Shown here: positions 56,291-64,000 of the stretch, piece by piece
Layout of the letters: each line of letters starts with the position of its first letter
How positions within the stretch are numbered: the first letter of the stretch is position 1
Assembly (NCBI GenBank): GCA_964291495.2
Contig: OZ219867.1
Coordinates: forward strand, 1-64,000
Direction: 5' to 3'
Source of the DNA: Dehalococcoidia bacterium
GTDB taxonomy: Bacteria > Chloroflexota > Dehalococcoidia > UBA2979
DNA: 64,000 nucleotides
Translations under genes and position numbers: made by a program
Notes under the pieces: model-generated
Seen by the model: only the letters and a program-made list of their open reading frames with translations
Database searches by the model: none
What the model was told of the DNA's origin: nothing

Positions 56291-57577
56291 CTACCCCTCG
56301 GGAGCCGTCGCCGCCTCGCGCAGCGGGGCGAGGGCGGCGATCACGGCGGCGAGGGCGGCGATGCAGCCGGCGTAGACGACCACGCCGTGGAAGTCCCAGG
56401 CCGTGTTGATCGCCCCCGCGACGACGGGCGAGATCGCGCCCACGATCGCGCCGCCGGTGAACAGCATCGCCACCGCCGAGCCCTCGCTACCGCCCTGCAC
56501 CGACTCCATAGCGGCGGCCATCATGATCGAGTTCACGGAGAACAGCACGACGCCGAGCAGCGCGAGGTTCATCGTCAGCGCCCAGCCGGAGTCCGCCCAG
56601 AGGAAGGCGAAGGTCAGTGTCGACATCGTGATGAGCCCGAACAGGATCACCGGCCGTCGCCCGATCCGGTCGGAGACCCCGCCCATGACCGGCCCTGCGA
56701 GGATGCCGAGCAGTGTGAGCAGCCCGAGGTGGGCGCCCACGACAACGTCGGAGTAGTCGAGGTCCTCGACCATGTAGAGCACGAGGAAGGCAGCGAAGGC
56801 GTTGTGGGCCATCCCGCGAAGCGCCGTCACGGAGACGAGCGCGATCACGGTCGGGTTGCGGAATAGCGGGCGCGCCGATCCGAGGTAATCGCGCAGCCGC
56901 ACGCGCGCCTGCGCGCCTGCTCCGGCGGAGGTGAAGCGGATCAGGATCACCAGCCCCGTGACGACGGCCGGACCGACGTGCAGCAGCGCCACGGTGCGCC
57001 AGCTCAGCCCGCCCCACTCGAGGCCGGCGAAGCTCAGCCCGCCGAGCAGGATGCCGATCACGAACGGCGCCGAGGAATCCCCGATCGAGCCCCCGGAGCG
57101 GTGCGCGGCGATCGCGAAGGCGCGCCGCTGCGGGTAGCGCACCGCCAGCTCCGTGAAGGCGGGCGCGTGCCACATCGAGGTGCCCGCCCCGCAGACGGCG
57201 ACCGCGATCAGGATCAGCCAGTAGTTGGAGGCGAGCCCGATCGCGGCGTAGCCGAGGGCGAGGCAGGTCATGCTGCCGGTGAGCATCAGCGCGATACGGC
57301 TGCGGAACATGTCCGTGAGGACGCCGGCAGGGACGTTCATCGCGCCCATCGCCGCGGCGCGCGCGCCGATGATCCCGCCGGCGGCCACGTCGCTGAGCAG
57401 CAGCGCCTCCTTGATGTGCGGGAGCAGCAGCAGCAGCGTCTGCTGGTAGAAGTGTTTCACGCCGTGGCCGGCGGAAAGGCCCACCATCAGCCGCATGCTC
57501 TCGTGTGAGCGCGGTGACGCCTCGTCGCCGCCGGGGGCGGGGGTCTCGAGCGTGGCCGATCGCGGAGCGGTGGTCAT
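56291..57577 (-). CDS. MFS transporter (Fsr-like)
   Basis: GHGVKH, MWHAPA and GGVSDRIGRR motifs; about 12 TM segments. Confidence 0.88.
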   Translation of the reverse strand: MTTAPRSATLETPAPGGDEASPRSHESMRLMVGLSAGHGVKHFYQQTLLLLLPHIKEALLLSDVAAGGIIGARAAAMGAMNVPAGVLTDMFRSRIALMLTGSMTCLALGYAAIGLASNYWLILIAVAVCGAGTSMWHAPAFTELAVRYPQRRAFAIAAHRSGGSIGDSSAPFVIGILLGGLSFAGLEWGGLSWRTVALLHVGPAVVTGLVILIRFTSAGAGAQARVRLRDYLGSARPLFRNPTVIALVSVTALRGMAHNAFAAFLVLYMVEDLDYSDVVVGAHLGLLTLLGILAGPVMGGVSDRIGRRPVILFGLITMSTLTFAFLWADSGWALTMNLALLGVVLFSVNSIMMAAAMESVQGGSEGSAVAMLFTGGAIVGAISPVVAGAINTAWDFHGVVVYAGCIAALAAVIAALAPLREAATAPEG

Positions 57578-57640
57578 GGGGCAAGGGTAACGTGCGGGGC
57601 GGGCGAGCGCCGTCCACGCGACGAGGCAGGAGCAACGGTA

Positions 57641-57716
57641 TGGCGCGCCCGGAAGGATTCGAACCTTCGGCCTCAGCCTCCGCAGGGCTGCGCTCTATCC
57701 CCTGAGCTACGGGCGC
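57641..57716 (-). tRNA. tRNA-Arg(GCG)
   Basis: GCGCCCG acceptor, anticodon arm CAGCC-CTGCGGA-GGCTG, T-arm and CCA. Confidence 0.93.
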
Positions 57717-57747
57717 GTGCGAACCAGTATGCGGTATATCCGGTTTA

Positions 57748-57834
57748 TGGTGCCGAAGGTGAGATTTGAACTCACACGGGGATAAACCCCACTGCGCCCT
57801 GAACGCAGCGCGTCTGCCGTTCCGCCACTTCGGC
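57748..57834 (-). tRNA. tRNA-Leu(CAG)
   Basis: 87 nt with long variable arm, anticodon loop TTCAGGG and CCA; TATAAT box at 57888-57893 upstream. Confidence 0.95.
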
Positions 57835-57935
57835 ACGGTCCGCGGGGCCGCTCGGCGCACGGGCCGATCGCCGTCCGCGACAGTGCCATTATACTGCACG
57901 GACTCCCAGACACTTCCCACGTAGGGGATTGGAAT

Positions 57936-59084
57936 ATGTCGATGCGCCTCATGAGATCAGGCTGGCTCGCCGCCCTCGCCATGACGATTGCCGTCCTTGC
58001 ATTCGCCGCTGCCTGCGGTGGCGGCGACGATCCCGAACCGACACCCACGGCAGCAGCGACGGCAGTCGCCACCCCGGCGCCGACCGCGACCCCAACGCCC
58101 ACGCCGACCCCTACGCCAACTCCGCCGCCACCCACTCCCACACCGACACCCACCGCGCCACCGGCGACGGCGACGCCGACCGAGGCCCCCCCGCCATCGG
58201 CGACCCAGCCCGCGCAGGGCGTCAAGGAGCTGGTGATCACGACGGCAACCACCGGCAAGGACCTCATGGACAGCGTCTCCGAAGCTGAGCAGGTCTGCGT
58301 CCGTGAAGTCTTCGGTGACCTCATCTACGACGTCATGCTCGCCACGCCGATCCTGCTGGCCGCCTCGCAGGCCGAGGCCGGGGCGCCGCTGTTCGGCTGC
58401 CTCGAGGTCGAGAACCTCGTGACGCTCGGCATGAAGTTCATCGCGGCGCAGGCCGGCGGATGGAGCGATGACACCGTCGCCTGCATGATCGGCGTCGGTC
58501 TGACCAACCCCACCGTCGTGATGATCGCTCTGGGCGTGCCCGTGGGCGAAGACGCCGGCGGGGCGGCGGGCGCCCAGCCGTTCTTCCCGGAGGCCTACAA
58601 CTGCCTCAACGAGCAGGAGAGGATCGACTACATGGTCAGCTTCCAGGGGACGATCGACAGCCTCACGAGCGCAGAGCGCGACCTGATCGGTGCGATCCCG
58701 GAGGCCGATGTCGCCTGCATTCGTGACGCGGTCGACGGCGACGAGTACAACACCCTTCTCTCCGGTACGGTCCACGAGGCCCTCGACCTCTCGGACGCGG
58801 TCGCCGATTGCATATCGGACGAAGGCTACGTCCGGGCATTCGTCGCGATCACCGAGGCGGCAACCGGCGGGCTGACCGACGACACCCGGTCCTGCCTTGC
58901 CGACTTCGAGGGAGAGCAACCCCACCACCTGGCGCTGATCAACGTGCGCGCGATCGATCCATCGACGACGGACGCGGCCGTGATCGCATCGATCGCCGCC
59001 GCCGGCGGCAGGTCCTGGGAGTGCATGAACGACGAGGAGCTCGGGCGAGCTCAGCAAGCGGCGCTCATCGCGCTGACGCAGTAG
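57936..59084 (+). CDS. Lipoprotein with Pro/Thr-rich linker and Cys-pair helical repeats
   Basis: Lipobox AAACGG, (PT)n tract at about 58035-58210, and eight regularly spaced Cys in the C-terminal domain. Confidence 0.8.
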   Translation: MSMRLMRSGWLAALAMTIAVLAFAAACGGGDDPEPTPTAAATAVATPAPTATPTPTPTPTPTPPPPTPTPTPTAPPATATPTEAPPPSATQPAQGVKELVITTATTGKDLMDSVSEAEQVCVREVFGDLIYDVMLATPILLAASQAEAGAPLFGCLEVENLVTLGMKFIAAQAGGWSDDTVACMIGVGLTNPTVVMIALGVPVGEDAGGAAGAQPFFPEAYNCLNEQERIDYMVSFQGTIDSLTSAERDLIGAIPEADVACIRDAVDGDEYNTLLSGTVHEALDLSDAVADCISDEGYVRAFVAITEAATGGLTDDTRSCLADFEGEQPHHLALINVRAIDPSTTDAAVIASIAAAGGRSWECMNDEELGRAQQAALIALTQ

Positions 59085-59113
59085 CGAGACAGCAGCCCCT
59101 GTTAGGGACGACC

Positions 59114-59141
59114 GCGGCCGCATCCTTCGGGGTGCGGCCGC
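59114..59141 (+). terminator. Stem-loop after the lipoprotein gene
   Basis: GCGGCCGCATCC-TTCG-GGGTGCGGCCGC, with only a short U-tail. Confidence 0.55.
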
Positions 59142-59305
59142 TTCGTGTCCCGGCGGGATCGCGAGGGCGTCGCACCCCTGGACCGACTCGTGGTCATCGC
59201 GAGTCACCAACCTCCGCACCGCGACGGAGCTGCGCGACATATGCACGTGCGACGTAGTCTCGCCGTACACTGCGGGGCGACTGCCTGGGAGATGCGAGGC
59301 GAGCG

Positions 59306-61783
59306 ATGGACAACGCTCTTGGTGGCCTGAGCCGGCTCGTAACGGCCCGCCCATGGATCACGCTCGCCGTGCTCCTCCTCGTCACCGTGCTGCTCGCGGC
59401 CGGGTCGGGGCTGCGCGCCCCCCCGCCGGACACCGAGGCAACGCTCCCCCGGGGAAGCGCGGTCGCGGAAGCCCTGTTCGAGATCGACGAACTCTTCGGG
59501 GAAGCCGGCGACGTACGGGTGGCGACGCTGCTCTTCCGCGGCGATGCACTGACACCCGAGGGGCTCGCGCAGATGGCCTCCCTCCTCGACGCGATCGTCG
59601 GCTCGCCGGGAGTCGGCGAACTGCTTGTGCCGGCCAACCCCGTCGTCTCGCCCGCTCAGCTCGTGCAGGGCGCCCTCCAGGTGGACGGCTTCGAGTCGGT
59701 GACGCAGGCGCAGATCGATGCGGTGCGCGACGCGCCCGGGATCGGCGAGCTGCTCGCCGTCATGACCGGGAACGACTCCGACGGCACGCCCATCGCGACC
59801 GCCGGTATCCGCCTGCGCGACACGTCCGACCAGCGAGTCGAGGATGCCGAACGGAGGATCAGCGAGCTTGCGGCTGGGAGCGATGGCCCGCTGCGCGTGA
59901 GCAGCATCTCCTTCGTGGTCATCGAGGACGAGTTCCGGAGGGCCACGGAAACGGCCATGCTGCCTCTGATCGGGCTGGCGCTGCTGCTGATCGCGGCGCT
60001 GCTCCTGCTGTTCATGCGCGCCCTCTCGGATCTGCTGCTCACGCTCGGGGGACTACTCGTCGCGCTGATCTGGATTGGCGGAGCGGAGGGCTGGCTGGGG
60101 CCGAACGGGCTGGGCCTGACCGGCCCCCCGAATGCGCTCACGTCGATGGTGCCGATCATCATGATCGGCCTCACGGTGGACTACGCGATCCAGACGGTCT
60201 CGCACTACCGCGAGCAGCGCGCGGCGGGTGAGCCCGTGGCGGCAGCCGCGCGGATCGGACTGCGAAACGTGAGCGTCCCGCTCATGCTGGCTGCCGTGAC
60301 GACGATCGTGAGCCTGCTGGTAGGCATGTTCTCGCCGGTCGAGATCGTTGGCGACTTCGGCGTCATCGCGGGCCTGGGCGTGGGCCTGAGCCTGATCGTG
60401 ATGCTGACGCTGATTCCCGCAGGCCGGACGATCATCGATCGGCGGCGCGCGGCGCGCGGGACGTTGCGACCGCCGCGCCTGATCGCGCACGCCTTCCCCG
60501 GCGTGGAACAGCTGGCGGGGTGGCTCGGGAGGAAGCTCACCCACAGACCCGCGCCCTACATCGCCGTCGTGGTGGCGGTGACGATCGGGCTCGGGTACGC
60601 GGCGACGGGCCTCCACTCGGAGTACAGCATCCGCGACCTCCTGCCCCGAGGTGGCAGCGTGCTCACGGACCTGGACACGCTGGACGCAGCCGTCGGCGGG
60701 TCGACGGAGGTGGCCAGCGTGCTCCTGAAGGCGGAGGCCACGGAGACCCGCACGCTCCTCAACCTGAAAGACCTCCGTGTCGCCTTCGAGGACGGATCGA
60801 GCCGCCCGGCCGCGGGAGCCGGTCCGCTCCAGACGTCGTATGAGCTGCTCATCCAGGACTGGGTCCACGACAGCGGCGAGCCCGGCGACAAGTACGACCC
60901 GGAGCTCGCCGCGCTCTTCCGGGAAGCCTCGGCGGGCGTGGAACTCGACCCGGTGCTGATGCAGGAGTTCCTCGAGAGGCTCGGCGAGCGGGAGCCCGCC
61001 CTTGCGCACAGTCTGGTCAACAATCCGAACGGCATCGACACGATGCTCGTCCAGTTCCCCGCCTACACGGGTGATCCCTCGGCCTCCCGGAGGCTCCAGC
61101 AGGACATCGAGGAGCTGTGGCGGGGCGATGACTCCGCCATCACGGCGACATCGGAGACCATCATCTCGTTCGCGGTGACCGATGCGGTCCGGGACCGGCA
61201 AACGGACTCGGTCAGCACCACGGTCATCGTCGCCCTGACCGTGCTCGCCGTCTTCTTCTGGGTCACGGTGCGCCAGCCGGGGCTGGCGGTCATCGCGGTC
61301 GTGCCGACGGCGCTCGTCCTCGTCTCGGTGCTGGGCACGATGGCGCTGCTGGACATCCCGTACACCATCGTCACCTCGATCATCACGGCACTCTCGATCG
61401 GGATCGGGGTCGACTACACGATCCACATGATTCATCGCTACCGCGAGGAGTTCACTCGCGTGCGGGACCCGGAGCGGGCGGCGGTGCGGACGCTCGCAGC
61501 CACCGGTTCGGCGCTGTTGGGCTCCGCGATGACGACGGGCCTCGGCATCGGCGTGCTGGCCGCCTCGCCACTGGCCGCCTTCCAGCAGTTCGGCATCGCC
61601 GCTGCGATCACCATCGCCTACTCGCTGATTGTCGCGGTGCTGGTCGTGCCGCCCGCGATGACGGTCTGGGGCGCCTACCGCAACATGCGGCTGCGCTCGA
61701 TGGTGCAGCGCACCTGGGACGAGCTCGACGAGGCGATCGAGGGCATCCACCGGCGCCACGGCGAGGACCCGGGCGAGGCCTGA
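59306..61783 (+). CDS. MMPL/RND family transporter
   Basis: Two TM bundles with GLTVDYAI and GIGVDYTIH motifs and two large extracytoplasmic loops. Confidence 0.9.
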   Translation: MDNALGGLSRLVTARPWITLAVLLLVTVLLAAGSGLRAPPPDTEATLPRGSAVAEALFEIDELFGEAGDVRVATLLFRGDALTPEGLAQMASLLDAIVGSPGVGELLVPANPVVSPAQLVQGALQVDGFESVTQAQIDAVRDAPGIGELLAVMTGNDSDGTPIATAGIRLRDTSDQRVEDAERRISELAAGSDGPLRVSSISFVVIEDEFRRATETAMLPLIGLALLLIAALLLLFMRALSDLLLTLGGLLVALIWIGGAEGWLGPNGLGLTGPPNALTSMVPIIMIGLTVDYAIQTVSHYREQRAAGEPVAAAARIGLRNVSVPLMLAAVTTIVSLLVGMFSPVEIVGDFGVIAGLGVGLSLIVMLTLIPAGRTIIDRRRAARGTLRPPRLIAHAFPGVEQLAGWLGRKLTHRPAPYIAVVVAVTIGLGYAATGLHSEYSIRDLLPRGGSVLTDLDTLDAAVGGSTEVASVLLKAEATETRTLLNLKDLRVAFEDGSSRPAAGAGPLQTSYELLIQDWVHDSGEPGDKYDPELAALFREASAGVELDPVLMQEFLERLGEREPALAHSLVNNPNGIDTMLVQFPAYTGDPSASRRLQQDIEELWRGDDSAITATSETIISFAVTDAVRDRQTDSVSTTVIVALTVLAVFFWVTVRQPGLAVIAVVPTALVLVSVLGTMALLDIPYTIVTSIITALSIGIGVDYTIHMIHRYREEFTRVRDPERAAVRTLAATGSALLGSAMTTGLGIGVLAASPLAAFQQFGIAAAITIAYSLIVAVLVVPPAMTVWGAYRNMRLRSMVQRTWDELDEAIEGIHRRHGEDPGEA

Positions 61784-61917
61784 GCCTGCCGCCACCGCGG
61801 ACGGGGGTCGAGCCGGCGTCGCCCGCACAGGCGCGGCCCTCGACGTCGGCGTACCTTCGCAGGCGGTGGTCGGCTTGCGGGCAGCGTCGTCTCTGCGCCC
61901 TCGAGTGCCGCGTGATC

Positions 61918-62652
61918 CTAGGTCGCGTCGGCCGGCGTGAACTCGCTGCGGCCCCGGTACATGCCGAGCCCGATGACGAACAGGCAGACCGACCCGATCA
62001 TCAACACAAGGTTGTTGATCAGCAGGTGCAGCACGAGGTCCGTTTCGGGGACGAACAGCGCGTAGATGAAGTTCAGGAACCCCAGCACTCCGACCAGGAC
62101 GAGGCCGTAGCAGGCTGCCTTGAACACGTCCATCCCATCGAACCGCGGCGCGAGACCGAGCCCGGTGAGCGCCGACGCGAACGGGTAGATGACGATGAAG
62201 CCGAGGATCAACCCGGCCACCTCGGTATGACCGGTAAGCGCCGCGCTATCGAAGAACTCCTGGAGGCTGGCGGTCTCCTCGAGGTCGGCGCGCTGCGTGA
62301 GGTGGATCACCATGTGCCGCTTCGCCAACGAGAGGGTGAAGAGGCCCCACCCGAACAGGCTGAGGATGATCCCGAACCGCAGCCCGGGCCCCTGGAAGCC
62401 CGCGCCGCCGCGCGTCAGGCCGAACAGCCCGAGCAGCCCGTAGCCGTGGAGCAGCATCCCCAGGATCACCATGAGCGTCGTGAGGTGGCCGAGGCCGGGG
62501 TTCGCGGCAAGAACCGCGATCGCGCCCTCGAAGTCCGTCTGGTCGACGTTCTCGACGATCGGCCCGCCGGGGAAGATGATCGATCCGACCATCGAGAGTA
62601 CGACGCCCACGATGAGCGCGAGACCAGCGTGCCGGGTTGATGCTGTTGCCAT
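61918..62652 (-). CDS. Multi-pass membrane protein
   Basis: About 6 TM segments; GAGGAG RBS. Confidence 0.75.
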   Translation of the reverse strand: MATASTRHAGLALIVGVVLSMVGSIIFPGGPIVENVDQTDFEGAIAVLAANPGLGHLTTLMVILGMLLHGYGLLGLFGLTRGGAGFQGPGLRFGIILSLFGWGLFTLSLAKRHMVIHLTQRADLEETASLQEFFDSAALTGHTEVAGLILGFIVIYPFASALTGLGLAPRFDGMDVFKAACYGLVLVGVLGFLNFIYALFVPETDLVLHLLINNLVLMIGSVCLFVIGLGMYRGRSEFTPADAT

Positions 62653-62808
62653 CGGAAACACTCCTCTGCGCAGGGAACCAGCGAGCCGGCTGAGCCGAGC
62701 CCGGTCGGGCGCATGCTAGGCCCTACTGAGAAGGGGTGTCGTCCCACGTGTCTGTCAGGTCTCGGAGGAGCCGAGCGCATGCGTAGTTGCCTGGGCTGTC
62801 GCTCTCGA

Positions 62809-63252
62809 CTACTCGGTCTCGGCGTAGGTAAGCAGCCACTCCCCATCGAAGCGCTCATAGATGAACTTCATGCTCAGCGAGCCCCCGCTGAAACCCACTT
62901 TGTGCTTGAGCTCCCACTTGCCAGGTTCGACTTGCCGGGGTGGGGATGTCTCCTCCGCCGTGAACGTGATGCCGCGGCTCTCGAAGGGCGCCATGTTGCG
63001 GCGGAGCTCTTCCTCTTCCTCCAGCCAGTAGCTCTCCTCGTAAAACGCCCTGAGTCCCTGAAGGTCGTACCTGTTGTAGACGACCCAGAGCTCCATCGTC
63101 CGTTCGCTGAGATAGGCGGCAATCTCTGCGTCGTCGGACGTGAGTGCTGCCGTTGGTGCGGGCGCTTCGGATTCCTCGCCGCCGCACGCCGCCGAGGCGG
63201 CGAGGGCAAGCGTCACCAGGATCCAGACCATCGGGCGCCGGATGGAACTCAC
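62809..63252 (-). CDS. Putative lipoprotein (NTF2-like helix/strand pattern)
   Basis: Lipobox SAACGG; GGAGG RBS. Confidence 0.7.
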   Translation of the reverse strand: MSSIRRPMVWILVTLALAASAACGGEESEAPAPTAALTSDDAEIAAYLSERTMELWVVYNRYDLQGLRAFYEESYWLEEEEELRRNMAPFESRGITFTAEETSPPRQVEPGKWELKHKVGFSGGSLSMKFIYERFDGEWLLTYAETE

Positions 63253-63611
63253 GTGGGAGACTCGTCCTCCCTGCTCGATCGGCCGCCTCTTCGCGACGAT
63301 CCGTCGAGTGGGAGTGTGTCACCGGCGAACCCCGGCAATCCATATCGTGCGCGTGTAAGTCGACCCTAATCGGCGTATGGAGTTCTGTAGGTTCGCGACC
63401 CGCGCTTCGTGCGCGCGGCCGGCGGCCGAGAGGGCCAGGCGGTGCTGTGGGCGCGGCCGAACTCAGCCAGCCGGGCGGCGTGCCTCAGCGCGGCACACGA
63501 AACCGCGCCGGGGTGGATGACCGACGCGAAGGCGATCACTACGCCCGGCGGGCGCCACGGGACGTCGGCGAGGGGCCGCGATTACCCGAGGCTTCGCTAG
63601 TCCAGCGCTCG

Positions 63612-64000
63612 CTACCCGTCCGGGACAAGCTCAGGCTCGCCCCGCAGTACGCCGATGCCGATGACGAGAAGTGCGACCGCCGCGACGGTCAGCACAACGT
63701 TGCTCGCGACCACGAAGGCCACGGGCGCCGCCTCGGCCTGTTGGCCGATGGCCGCGTTGAGGAGTCCCGCCACGCCCGCGAAGCAGAACACCCAGCAGGC
63801 GACGGCGTAGCGGTTCAGCGAACTGAAGCGCCTGGCGAGTCCGAGCCCGAGGACGACTCCGCTCACCGACGACACGATGACGAAGGCGTAGTGGAGGCCC
63901 CCACTGCTGGCTTGCAGCATGACGAGATAGTCGTTGATCTGCTCCGGGCTGGCGGCAACGCCGTCGACCTCGATGTCGGCCTGGTGCTGGGCGATCGCGA
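63612..64000 (-). CDS. Multi-pass membrane protein (5'-partial), paralog of 61918-62652
   Basis: Shared GL.LA.RF....AC..GV.G.LN...VIG.G..RG C-terminal pattern; frame open to the window edge. Confidence 0.7.
   Translation of the reverse strand, partial: AIAQHQADIEVDGVAASPEQINDYLVMLQASSGGLHYAFVIVSSVSGVVLGLGLARRFSSLNRYAVACWVFCFAGVAGLLNAAIGQQAEAAPVAFVVASNVVLTVAAVALLVIGIGVLRGEPELVPDG

Noticed and set aside
58035-58210. DNA tandem repeat or contingency locus
   Set aside because: Degenerate codons encoding a Pro/Thr linker, not a perfect nucleotide repeat

Overview
High-GC bacterial chromosomal segment, mostly coding on the minus strand. Gene content suggests a Chloroflexota (Dehalococcoidia-like) sponge-associated bacterium; this is an inference from the sup-type PKS cluster, ERG4/ERG24 sterol reductase, PaREP1 gene, CoA-transferase pair and Cys-rich lipoprotein. 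Core genes are metE, nrdJ, pepP, nhaA, rnd, rimM-khpA-rpsP-ffh, gap, eno, xerD, pcm, uvrC and four tRNAs (Arg-CCT, Ala-CGC, Arg-GCG, Leu-CAG). Highlights: (1) a hidden AhpD/CMD-family selenoprotein candidate (CxxU plus a downstream hairpin) behind a DtxR/MntR regulator; (2) a sup-like PKS operon whose PKS lacks the MT and ER domains, near a flavin-dependent halogenase; (3) a low-GC cassette of three small HTH genes plus a TIGR02391-domain gene, with face-to-face promoter candidates, between ffh and gap; (4) a NYN nuclease gene preceded by a promoter, a short hairpin RNA and a terminator, resembling RNA-antitoxin systems; (5) an unannotated 40-aa basic peptide paired with a possible Cas2/VapD-like protein; (6) four SDR paralogs bracketing a sterol reductase; (7) motif deviations in Ffh, MetE and one SDR, several leaderless-type genes and candidate non-canonical starts. 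No CRISPR array, rRNA or transposase was seen. All family calls come from motif recognition by eye, not database searches.
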